Assembly (NCBI GenBank): GCA_018826515.1
Contig: JAHKAM010000063.1
Location: forward strand, 26,050-90,049
Origin: Alphaproteobacteria bacterium
GTDB lineage: Bacteria > Pseudomonadota > Alphaproteobacteria > Caulobacterales > Caulobacteraceae
Reading direction: 5' to 3'
DNA: 64,000 bases
The notes under the pieces are model-generated. The model worked only from the letters and a program-made list of their open reading frames with translations, was not told where the DNA came from and searched no databases. Of the stretch, positions 33,882 to 42,330 are shown piece after piece; within the stretch, counting starts at the first letter, position 1, and each line of letters begins with the position of its first letter. The translations under genes were made by a program, and so were the position numbers.

Positions 33882-34283
33882 GTGAAGCCGATCACGAAAC
33901 TCGAGATGTACGAAATCGACGATCCGGCCGAGCCCTATCGGGTGGTGATGTGGTGTCTTCCGCCGGGGCCGCCCGAAGACCCGCGTATCGGGGAGCGTTT
34001 CCCCGAAGGGTCGATCGAGGTGCCCAAGAGCTTCGGGGCGATCTGGTTCGACGTCTCGACGTGGCAGGGCGGTTTCGTCGCACAAGCGACCTTCGCCGCC
34101 GACGCCGATGCGGTCCGGTGCGATACCATCACCGTCAATGAGGCCCATCGGATGAAAGGGGTTGCGACACAGCTCTACGAGACAGCCAGCGGCGTTTTCC
34201 AAGGGCCCGTCATTCCTTCGGACAATCAGACGCCCGACGCGGTGGCGTTCTGGGGCGGGAGGACGCAGATCCTTCGTCCGTGA
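33882..34283 (+). CDS. Small protein with a GNAT-like motif A (function uncertain)
   Basis: The GTG at 33882 is preceded by AGGAGAA. ITVNEAHRMKGVATQLYETA resembles the acetyl-CoA-binding motif of GNATs. Confidence 0.4.
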   Translation: MKPITKLEMYEIDDPAEPYRVVMWCLPPGPPEDPRIGERFPEGSIEVPKSFGAIWFDVSTWQGGFVAQATFAADADAVRCDTITVNEAHRMKGVATQLYETASGVFQGPVIPSDNQTPDAVAFWGGRTQILRP

Positions 34284-34399
34284 GCGCCGGGCGCGAATTT
34301 CTTCCCGTCAAGGTCGTGTCGGTTGATCAGGTTCGGCTCGCAGCGTAGCGTCGCCGGTTCCGGGGACGGCGACGGGGGCTCGCGGAGGGGCGGCCGCAG

Positions 34400-35677
34400 G
34401 TGATTGATCTTGATGGCGATGGGGCGGATGGCCTGGAGGAGCCGCGTCTCGATGAAACGAGAAGCGGTGACCCTGGCGATGAGGCCGAACGCAACTTCCG
34501 ATATCAGCACCAGTACGGGGTGGTTCTGCTCGTCGCCGTTCGGCGCGGCGCCTTCCCCTACGTGAACCTCTACTGCGAACACCACGAGGATCTGCTGTGC
34601 GAGCGTCCGGACGGCCTGTTCGACGGTTGGCAGATCAAGACGTCCACGCCGGAGAACGGACCCTGGACGCTTCGCGATGCCGCCCTGGTCAAGTCGATCG
34701 GCCGTTTCGTCGACCTGTGCGCGACCTACCCCTCGCAGATTGGCGTCCTGTACTTCGTGTCCAACTCCGACTTCGATGTGGTGGGCGACGACATCCAGGA
34801 TCAGAAGCGCCGCGGCCGATGCCCTCCGCTGATGCTGGCGCACCTGAGGGCCTGCCCCTCGCTTGCGGACATCGCGCCACCCTTCCTGGCGGCCTTCGAC
34901 GAACTGGGGGCCACCCTGGGCGCCGACCGGCAGAGGCTGTTCGACGTCCTGCGACGGGTGGAGCTGGTCAAGGGACCGTCCAGGGCGGAGTTTGACGCGA
35001 CCCTGGCCCACGAGCATCTCGGGGGGCTGGGCGACTGCAACGCCCTCACACCCGCCCAGCTGTCCGAGCTTCGTGACGACCTGGTCGCGCGGGTCCACCG
35101 CGCCGCCTCCCTGCATGTCACCGCCCCGGGACGCCACACCCGCAGCCTTCTGGCCGAGGACGACGAGGATCCCGTCATCACCGCAAAGCGCATCGTCTGC
35201 GCCGATGTCGTCTTCGCCCCGCCCACGATCGCCCTGAAGGCCTTCGCCTATCAGGGCCAGTCCCGACTGACGCCCGGCGGTCCCCGGCGAGCCGGCGTCC
35301 TTGAACAGAAGCTCGAAGCGGGCGGCTTGGGCGAAGCCGTGAGCTACATGACCGCCAAGGAGATGGCCGCGGAATACGCCCTGCTGGAGGATCAGGCGCG
35401 CAACCCTGTCGCCGCCGAGAAACAGCTCAAGCAGATCGAGGAGGCCGTCCACGGCGAATGCGTGGAGGCCTATTACGCCGCCGCGAACGACTCCGAGACC
35501 TTCGGCCCGGCCATGCTGACGGATGTGACCGGCAGGCTGCGCAGGCTAGAGGGCGACCGCAGGTCGCTCACGGGTGGACAGCCCTACGAAGTGCTGGTCG
35601 GCGTCGCCGCCATGCTGACGCGGGAGTGCCGTGTCTGGTGGAGCAAGCGCTTTGACGTCCAGGAGCCGCGCCCATGA
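34400..35677 (+). CDS. Cap4/DUF4297-like dsDNA nuclease-domain protein (predicted effector of the three-gene system)
   Basis: AERNFRYQHQYGVVLL...LYCEHHEDLLCERPDGLFDGWQIKT is the N-terminal restriction-endonuclease-fold pattern of DUF4297/Cap4 nucleases. About 270 residues of helical C-terminal region of unknown function follow. The start is GTG. Confidence 0.7.
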   Translation: MIDLDGDGADGLEEPRLDETRSGDPGDEAERNFRYQHQYGVVLLVAVRRGAFPYVNLYCEHHEDLLCERPDGLFDGWQIKTSTPENGPWTLRDAALVKSIGRFVDLCATYPSQIGVLYFVSNSDFDVVGDDIQDQKRRGRCPPLMLAHLRACPSLADIAPPFLAAFDELGATLGADRQRLFDVLRRVELVKGPSRAEFDATLAHEHLGGLGDCNALTPAQLSELRDDLVARVHRAASLHVTAPGRHTRSLLAEDDEDPVITAKRIVCADVVFAPPTIALKAFAYQGQSRLTPGGPRRAGVLEQKLEAGGLGEAVSYMTAKEMAAEYALLEDQARNPVAAEKQLKQIEEAVHGECVEAYYAAANDSETFGPAMLTDVTGRLRRLEGDRRSLTGGQPYEVLVGVAAMLTRECRVWWSKRFDVQEPRP

Positions 35678-36267
35678 GCCTCGGGGTCCTGAAGGCGGCC
35701 GCCCGGGCAGAGAACACCGATGGCCTGCATCTGATGCGGCTGCTGGTCCTGCTCAGGTGCGCCGACAAGCGCGGCAGGACGCCCAAGCCCGTGGAAGGGA
35801 TCACGAAGCTGGCCAAGCTAGACTTCCTTCTGCGCTACCCCGTCTATCTGGAGCGGGCCCTGGTCGCGCGCGGGAAATCGCCCGACGCGGTTCATCTGTC
35901 GCCGCGTGAACGGACGACCGTGGAAACGCGGATGATCCGCTTCCGCTACGGTCCATGGGACGGGCGCTACAGGCGGTGGCTCAGTCTGCTGTCGGCGCGA
36001 GGCCTCGTCACCCTGTCGCTCTCCGGCCGGAAGATCGAGATTGGGCTGACCGACGCCGGCCGTGCGGTCGCAGACGATTTCGCGCAGCGGCCGCTGTTCG
36101 CGGACCTCGCCGAGCGAGGGACGCTGGTGGTCAAGACCGTCGGAGACATGTCGGCCATGAAGCTCAAGGACTTCGTCTACGAGATCGTCCCGGAAATCAC
36201 GGGCATGAAGTGGGGGCAGGAGATCGGCGCCGAAAACGGCGCCGCCCTGGACGGTGATCAGTCGTGA
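35674..36267 (+). CDS. wHTH 'middle component'-like protein
   Basis: ITKLAKLDFLLRYPVYLE is a pattern I associate with ABC-3C middle components. There is a 4-nt ATGA overlap with the upstream gene. Confidence 0.55.
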   Translation: MSLGVLKAAARAENTDGLHLMRLLVLLRCADKRGRTPKPVEGITKLAKLDFLLRYPVYLERALVARGKSPDAVHLSPRERTTVETRMIRFRYGPWDGRYRRWLSLLSARGLVTLSLSGRKIEIGLTDAGRAVADDFAQRPLFADLAERGTLVVKTVGDMSAMKLKDFVYEIVPEITGMKWGQEIGAENGAALDGDQS

Positions 36268-38216
36268 AATTTCATCTGCAGTCGCTGAGCCTCGATCTGA
36301 GGCATGCGACCGAGACCATCGTCTTCTCGGACATCACCTATTTCTGGGGCCAGATGGGCGCCGGGAAGTCCAGCATCGCCCGGCTGATAGACTACTGCCT
36401 CGGCGGCGGCATCCAGCTGTCACCGGCCCTGCAGGCCGAATTCGTATCCGCGACGCTCACTGTGGAGCTTGAGCGGAGCACGCTCACGATCGAGCGGCAG
36501 CGCGACGGGGCCAATGTCTTCGCCTCATGGACCGTCGGGGACGAGGTCCAGTCGGTGATCGTGCCGGCCAGGGCCGCTGCCGGGGAGCTGATCCCCCTTA
36601 CCGGCGTCGAGACCCTGTCGGACCTCATCTTCTGGCTGTCCGGCGTCCAGCCGCCGCGCGTTCGCAAGAGCAAGCTGAAGGACGACAGCAAGACGGTCCG
36701 TCTCTCCGTCAGGGACCTGCTCTGGTACTGCTATCTGGATCAGGACAACATCGACAGCGCCTTCTTCCATCTGGAAGAGGACGCCGAGTTCTACCTGCGC
36801 CTGAAGAGCCGCGACGTGATCCGGTACGTCATCGGATATCACGACGAACGGGTCGCCGATCTCGAGGCCGAACTGGACCAGCTGCGCGCCAACCGCACGG
36901 CCCGCGCCTCCGCCATCGAAAGCCTGACCCGAACCCTCGACGAAGTGGGCGCCGGCTCCGAAGCGCAGATCGCCGAGCGCGAAGCGTCCCTGAAGGCGGC
37001 CCTGGCCGAAGCGGAGGCCAGCATCGTGGCCCTGCGGGAGCTGAAGCGGGTCGGCCAGACCGAGCATGCCGTCGATATCCTCGCACGCCGGACCCGCCGT
37101 CTCGGCGCTGGCATCGCCCGCCTCGACGTCGCGGCCGATGAACTGCTCGCCGCGCGCGAACGACATGTGCGCCATCGAAACGAGATCGAGACCCTCGGCC
37201 TGAAGTTCCGGCGCTCTGCCGTGGCGCGGGAAATCCTCGGCGACGTCGGGTTTGCGGACTGCCCCCGATGCACCCAGAGCCTTCCGGCGCGCCCGGCTCG
37301 TTGTTGCGAGGTCTGCGGCCAGGACGACAGGCTCGAACTGACCGACGCGGCGGAGCAGGCCGCTCTGGAACTGGACATCGCCTCGCGCCGGGCGGACCTC
37401 GACAGCGCGATCGAAGAGATCGACCGCAGTCTCACCCGTATCCGACTGCGGCGGGAGCGCGCGCTGGACCGGAAGGCGTCCCTTGAAACCGCCCGCAACC
37501 GCGCGAGCGAGGAAGCGGACTCGGCGTTCCTGTCGACAGTCCTGTTGAAGGAGCGCGAGCGCGCGGCGCTCGAGGCCGAACTACAGAGCCTCGCCTGGCT
37601 GCTGCGGCTTCCCGACCTCCTGCAGCAACAGCGCGACGCGCTTGCCCAGATCATCGCGCTGGAACTCGCGCTGAAGGAGGCCCTGAAGGACGCCCGCACG
37701 TCGGCCGAAGCCGACCGGACCAGTCTGACCAGACTCGGCGACTATTTCCTCGACGCCCTAGTCCAGTCCGGCGTGCCGGGCATCCAGCGCGACGACCGCG
37801 TCGCCCTGGAGCCGCCGACCTTCTACCCCGCCGTCTTCAGTAGCGACCCTTCCGATCTGACGGCCTCGACCTTCACCTCAATGAGCAGCGGCGGGAAGAA
37901 GACCCTGTTCAAATGCTGCTTCGCCATAGCCGTCCACCGGATCGCGGCCCTGCTCGACGCGCCCCTGCCGGAGCTTCTGATCATCGACTCCCCGATGAAG
38001 AACATCAGTGAACGAGAGAACAGGGCGCAGTTCGAAGGCTTCTATCGGATGGTCTACGCTTTGAAGGCCGGGGAGCTGTCCGAGACCCAGATCATCCTGA
38101 TCGATAAGGAGTACCTACCCCCTGATCCGGCGCTGGGACTGGATATTCGCAGCCGGCACATGCAGCCCGACAGCACCCAGCACGAGCCGCTTATCCGTTA
38201 TTACCGGGGCAAATAG
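36264..38216 (+). CDS. SMC/Rad50-like ABC ATPase with a long coiled-coil insert and a CxxC...CxxC apex
   Basis: Walker A GQMGAGKSS. Coiled-coil-rich middle region. CPRCTQSLPARPARCCEVCG. Signature-like SMSSGGKK. Walker B ELLIIDSP. A GTGA overlap links it to the upstream gene. Confidence 0.8.
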   Translation: MKFHLQSLSLDLRHATETIVFSDITYFWGQMGAGKSSIARLIDYCLGGGIQLSPALQAEFVSATLTVELERSTLTIERQRDGANVFASWTVGDEVQSVIVPARAAAGELIPLTGVETLSDLIFWLSGVQPPRVRKSKLKDDSKTVRLSVRDLLWYCYLDQDNIDSAFFHLEEDAEFYLRLKSRDVIRYVIGYHDERVADLEAELDQLRANRTARASAIESLTRTLDEVGAGSEAQIAEREASLKAALAEAEASIVALRELKRVGQTEHAVDILARRTRRLGAGIARLDVAADELLAARERHVRHRNEIETLGLKFRRSAVAREILGDVGFADCPRCTQSLPARPARCCEVCGQDDRLELTDAAEQAALELDIASRRADLDSAIEEIDRSLTRIRLRRERALDRKASLETARNRASEEADSAFLSTVLLKERERAALEAELQSLAWLLRLPDLLQQQRDALAQIIALELALKEALKDARTSAEADRTSLTRLGDYFLDALVQSGVPGIQRDDRVALEPPTFYPAVFSSDPSDLTASTFTSMSSGGKKTLFKCCFAIAVHRIAALLDAPLPELLIIDSPMKNISERENRAQFEGFYRMVYALKAGELSETQIILIDKEYLPPDPALGLDIRSRHMQPDSTQHEPLIRYYRGK

Positions 38217-38237
38217 AGGGCGGCAGCCGGCGCCCGG

Positions 38238-38702
38238 CTAATCGCGCGCCGAATAACGAGTGTGGTGACCATCGCAGTGCGTGTGGTTTCCAAGCGCCTC
38301 GATCACCCGGCAATCGGAAATCCTCCCACCCGAGCAACTCGCCGCCTGAATCCGGGCGAGTTCGGCGTGCAGCGCCTGAAGCCCGGCGATGCGAGCCTCA
38401 ACCGCCGCAAGCTGGCGCTCGGCGATCCGGTTGACCTCCGTGCAGGGCCGGTCGGGTTCGTCGGACAGCGCCAGAAGGGCGCGGATGTCGTCGATCTCGA
38501 ACCCCAGCTGCCGCGCATGGCGAATGAAGGCCAGCCGCCGCGTCGCAGCGCCGTCGTAGAGGCGCCGGTCGCTCGCAGTGCGGGGCGGCTCCGCCAGCAG
38601 GCCGATCTTCTCGTAGAACCGGATCGTCGGAATCTTCACGCCGGTCTCGGCCGAAAGGCGACCGATCGTCCGGAGCGGGGGAAGGGATGGGTCTCTGGCC
38701 AT
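38238..38702 (-). CDS. MerR-family metal-responsive regulator
   Basis: IGRLSAETGVKIPTIRFYEKIGLL HTH. C-terminal Cys pair CSGGRISDC. Confidence 0.85.
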   Translation of the reverse strand: MARDPSLPPLRTIGRLSAETGVKIPTIRFYEKIGLLAEPPRTASDRRLYDGAATRRLAFIRHARQLGFEIDDIRALLALSDEPDRPCTEVNRIAERQLAAVEARIAGLQALHAELARIQAASCSGGRISDCRVIEALGNHTHCDGHHTRYSARD

Positions 38703-38718
38703 GCGCGAAATATAGGGC

Positions 38719-38740
38719 TTGATCCTCTAGTGGCTAGAGG
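38719..38740. promoter_or_regulatory. MerR-type operator dyad within the divergent promoter
   Basis: TTGATC (-35-like) runs into the perfect inverted repeat CCTCTAG-tgg-CTAGAGG at 38724-38740. Confidence 0.55.
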
Positions 38741-38755
38741 ATGCATGAAGGGTGC

Positions 38756-39424
38756 ATGACGACGCCCGCTCCGACAGAATCCTGCGCTCCGTCCCGAGGC
38801 TGCTGCGGCCACCAGGTCCGGTTCGACGGGGCCTCGCCCGCCTATCGGCGCGTGCTTGTGGCCGTCATCGCCCTTAATCTGGGTGGGTTCTTCGCGGTCG
38901 CCGCGGGCGGTCTCATGCAGGGATCGGCGGCGCTCGCCGCCAATGCGATGGACTTCCTGGCCGACAGCGCCACCTACGCCATCAGCCTCTGGGCCATCGG
39001 AAAGTCCGTGCGGGTGCGCTCCGGCGCCGCAGTCTTCAAGAGCGCGAGCCTCCTCGTGATGGCCGTGACCATTCTCGGCTACGCCGTCTGGAGAGCCGTC
39101 ACCGGCCAGCCGCCCGAAGGCGCCGTCATCACCGGTCTTGGACTGGTCGGTTTCGCAGCCAATCTGGTTGCGGCCCTGCTACTCGTGCGCTTCCGCGAGG
39201 GCGACGCCAACGTCCGCTCCGTCTGGCTCTGCACCCGGAACGACCTCATCCACAGCCTCGGCGTCGCCGCGGCCGGCGGGCTGGTCTGGCTGACCGGATC
39301 CCGGTGGCCGGACCTGCTGGCTGGCCTTCTGTTGGGCGGGGTCTTCCTGCAATCCGCGATCTCTATCCTGTTACAGGCAAGAGCGGAGAGCCGCGCAGCA
39401 ACGTCTGCGGCGCGGACTTTGTAA
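38756..39424 (+). CDS. Short cation diffusion facilitator-type transporter (TMD only)
   Basis: SAALAANAMDFLADSATY is a TM2 DxxxD motif. Length is about 222 aa with six hydrophobic segments and no cytoplasmic C-terminal domain. The start is moved to the ATG at 38756, downstream of the operator. Confidence 0.75.
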   Translation: MTTPAPTESCAPSRGCCGHQVRFDGASPAYRRVLVAVIALNLGGFFAVAAGGLMQGSAALAANAMDFLADSATYAISLWAIGKSVRVRSGAAVFKSASLLVMAVTILGYAVWRAVTGQPPEGAVITGLGLVGFAANLVAALLLVRFREGDANVRSVWLCTRNDLIHSLGVAAAGGLVWLTGSRWPDLLAGLLLGGVFLQSAISILLQARAESRAATSAARTL

Positions 39425-39464
39425 CGCATTGCCTGATGTCGGGAACGGAAGTAACGAGCGCGAG

Positions 39465-39809
39465 ATGACCTGGTCGATGACGACATGGGCGAAACTGATC
39501 GTGGCGGCGACCATCGTCTTCGCCGCCTTCTTCTTCGCGCCTGCCGTCGACGCCGCCACCTGCCTGCCCGAACCTCCCGCGGCTCATGCTGCGGTCGATC
39601 ATGACCAGGGCGATGGCGACCACAGTGGAAAGGGCGCCGGTCACGGCGTCTGCTCGCACGGTCACTGCCACCACACGACAACCGCCCGCACCAACGGCGT
39701 CGACTCGATCGCACCCGCGTTCGGAGAACCGCCGTTGCAGAGCGGCCGTCACGACGACTTCCGGGCCTCCATCACGCCCGATGGCCTGAAGCGCCCCCCC
39801 AGAGTCTGA
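39465..39809 (+). CDS. Small secreted His/Cys-rich protein (CzcI-like position)
   Basis: Signal peptide MTWSMTTWAKLIVAATIVFAAFFFAPAVDA. HDQGDGDHSGKGAGHGVCSHGHCHH. The gene lies immediately upstream of czcC. Confidence 0.5.
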   Translation: MTWSMTTWAKLIVAATIVFAAFFFAPAVDAATCLPEPPAAHAAVDHDQGDGDHSGKGAGHGVCSHGHCHHTTTARTNGVDSIAPAFGEPPLQSGRHDDFRASITPDGLKRPPRV

Positions 39810-39865
39810 CCGAAGACCTGCGCCTCCGCGCGCCTCTTCGTCCTCAGAAACTCTGGAAATGAATC

Positions 39866-41119
39866 ATGTCTCCCACATCTCGCAGGCGGCCGCGTTACGC
39901 GGTCGGCTGCGCCCTCGCCGCGATCGCGGCGAGCCTGGCCAGTCCCGTATGGGCTGACCCGGCCCCGACCTATGCCCAACTCCTCGCCCAGCTCGGGGAC
40001 GCTCCGGCGACACTCGAAGCCGGCGCCAACTATGACGCCGCCGAGGCCCGTGTCCGTCAGGCGCGGGTGCGGCCCAACCCCGTCCTCGGCTTCGATGTCG
40101 AGAACGCCTACGGCTCAGGTCCCTATTCAGGCCTGAACAACGCGGACATGACCTTGGCGCTGAGCCAGGATCTCGAGCTGTGGGGGCGTCGTTCGACGCG
40201 TATCGCCGCCGCCCGCGCCGAGGCCGGTGCGGTCGGGCTGCAGCGGGATCTCGCCGTGGTCGACGCCGCCGGCCGTCTCGCCCTCGTCTACGCCGAGGCG
40301 GAAGCGGCGCAGAGGCGCGCGACCCTCGCCGAGGAAACCCTGACCCTCACGGTCGCGGACGCCCGCGCCGCCCTGACGCTGGTGGAGGAGGGACGCGAGC
40401 CCCTGCTGCGCGGCATCCAGGGCGAGGCCGAGGCCGCCTCGGCCCGCGCTACGCGGGATGAGGCCGTCGCTGAGCGCGACGCCGCCTACGCGCGCCTGAC
40501 CGCGGTCGCCATGACCCCGGTCGCCGTGACCCGGATCGACGACAGTCTCCTGGACGAGACGCCCGCGACGATCGGCTCCGTGATCGATGACGCTCCTACG
40601 GTCCGCGTGGCCGAGGCGCAGCGGTCCGCAGCCGAACGGCGCATCGATGTTCAACGGGTTCAGGCCCGCCCGGACATCAACGCCAGCATCGGCATCCGCC
40701 GCTTCGAGGCGGAGGACGCGACGGCCCTGACCTTCGGGATCAGCATGCCGTTGCCGCTGTTCGACCGGAACCGGGGGAACATCGAGGCGGCCCAGGCCGA
40801 ATTTCGCGCGGCCGACGCCCGGCTGATGAGCGCACGGCAGGAGGCCCAGGCGGATCGCGCCGCTGCGGTCGCCCGCCTCGCGGCCTCCGTCAGCCGCGTC
40901 AACGCCGCCGACGCCGGCGTCACCGCCGCCGAGGAAGCCTACCGCCTGTCGCGGATCGGCTTCGAGTCCGGCCGGATCTCCCAGGTCGAACTGCGGGTCA
41001 CCCGCACAGCCCTCGTCAACGCCCGGTCCGCCGCCGTGGACGCGCGTCTCGCGCGTGTCCGCGCCGAGATCGATCTCGCGCGCCTCAACGGCCGCGCCCC
41101 CTTCGAAGGAGCCCAGTGA
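39866..41119 (+). CDS. czcC: Outer-membrane efflux protein CzcC (TolC family)
   Basis: Signal peptide and two OEP repeats. Position is upstream of czcB and czcA. Confidence 0.85.
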   Translation: MSPTSRRRPRYAVGCALAAIAASLASPVWADPAPTYAQLLAQLGDAPATLEAGANYDAAEARVRQARVRPNPVLGFDVENAYGSGPYSGLNNADMTLALSQDLELWGRRSTRIAAARAEAGAVGLQRDLAVVDAAGRLALVYAEAEAAQRRATLAEETLTLTVADARAALTLVEEGREPLLRGIQGEAEAASARATRDEAVAERDAAYARLTAVAMTPVAVTRIDDSLLDETPATIGSVIDDAPTVRVAEAQRSAAERRIDVQRVQARPDINASIGIRRFEAEDATALTFGISMPLPLFDRNRGNIEAAQAEFRAADARLMSARQEAQADRAAAVARLAASVSRVNAADAGVTAAEEAYRLSRIGFESGRISQVELRVTRTALVNARSAAVDARLARVRAEIDLARLNGRAPFEGAQ

Positions 41120-42321
41120 TGCGCAAAGGCACATCCAACAAGACACTGCTGATCGGCGGCGTCGCCGCCTTGGTCGTACTCGGAGGCGGCGGCCTCTGGT
41201 TCGCTACCCGGTCCGCCGAACCGGCTGCGCCGCCGGCCGCTGAAGGCGAGGCCGGCCATGCCGAAGAGGAGGGCGGACATACCGAGGGCGAGGCCGCCGA
41301 GACCGAGACCGAGGGGCGGGTCGAACTGACCGCCGCAGAAATCCAGGCAGCGGGCATCACGATCGTCGGCGTTGGCGGCGGTGGCGGGGGCGAAACCCGT
41401 CTGGCCGGTCGCGTCGAGCCGATGGTCGATTCCCGCGCCGCCGTCGCCGCTGCCGTCGGCGGGCGCGTCGAGCGGGTCCTCGTCGCCCCGGGCCAGTCGG
41501 TCCGGGCGGGCCAGCCGCTCGTCAGCCTCGTCAGCGGCGAGGCGGCGACCTTCCGCGCCGAGGCCGATGCAGCCGGAGCTTCCGCCGAGGCGGCCCGTCA
41601 GGCCTATGAGCGCAATCGCAGCCTGTCGGATCAGGGCATCGTCGCGCGTCAGGAAGTCGAAGCGTCACGCGCCCAGTTCCTGAGTGCAGAGGCGCAGACC
41701 CGCGCCGCCCGCGCCCGTTCCGCGGCCGCAGGATCGCCGAACGCCTCGGGACGGCTGAGCGTGACCAGCCCGATCTCCGGTGTGGTCAGCAGCGTTCAGG
41801 TCGGACCGGGCGGCTTCGTCGCCCAGGGCGGCGTGGTGGCTGAGGTCAGCAACCCGGCCCGGGTCGAAATGGTCTTCAACGCGCCGCCGGCCCTGGCGGC
41901 CAATGTCCGCGCGGGCTCGCCCATGCGCGTCACCGGCCCGAACGGGGAGTTCGACGCCGTCGTCACCGGTGTCGCGGCCGACGCCGGTCTCAGCGAGAGC
42001 GGTGCGACCGTGATCCGCGCCCGGCCTTCCGGCGCGACCCTGCCGCCGGCCGGGTCGGCCGTCACCGGCGCGGTCGTGACCGGCCAGGCTGCCGGCGGGA
42101 TGACCGTTCCCACGGAGGCGGTTCAAACGGTCGACGGGAACACCGTCGTCTTCGTTCAGGTCGAGGGCGGCTTCCAGGCCGTGCAGGTACTGGCGGGCCG
42201 TCAGGCCGCAGGCCGCACCGAGATCCTGCGGGGACTGACCGGCTCCGAACGCGTCGCCTCCGCCAACGCCTTCCTGCTCAAGGCCGAGATGGCCAAGGGC
42301 GAAGCCGAGCACGGGCACTAG
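41116..42321 (+). CDS. czcB: RND periplasmic adaptor CzcB
   Basis: His/Glu-rich N-terminus. HlyD-like barrel-sandwich segments (GRVEPMVDSRAAVAAAVGGRVERVLVAPGQSVRAGQPL). Confidence 0.85.
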   Translation: MMRKGTSNKTLLIGGVAALVVLGGGGLWFATRSAEPAAPPAAEGEAGHAEEEGGHTEGEAAETETEGRVELTAAEIQAAGITIVGVGGGGGGETRLAGRVEPMVDSRAAVAAAVGGRVERVLVAPGQSVRAGQPLVSLVSGEAATFRAEADAAGASAEAARQAYERNRSLSDQGIVARQEVEASRAQFLSAEAQTRAARARSAAAGSPNASGRLSVTSPISGVVSSVQVGPGGFVAQGGVVAEVSNPARVEMVFNAPPALAANVRAGSPMRVTGPNGEFDAVVTGVAADAGLSESGATVIRARPSGATLPPAGSAVTGAVVTGQAAGGMTVPTEAVQTVDGNTVVFVQVEGGFQAVQVLAGRQAAGRTEILRGLTGSERVASANAFLLKAEMAKGEAEHGH

Positions 42322-42330
42322 GGGGGCGTC

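Noticed and set aside
38744-38750. -10 hexamer for the MerR-controlled promoter at 19-20 bp spacing
   Set aside because: The sequences at the expected position (CATGAA and ATGAAG) are poor matches to TATAAT. I report the dyad and the -35-like element only.
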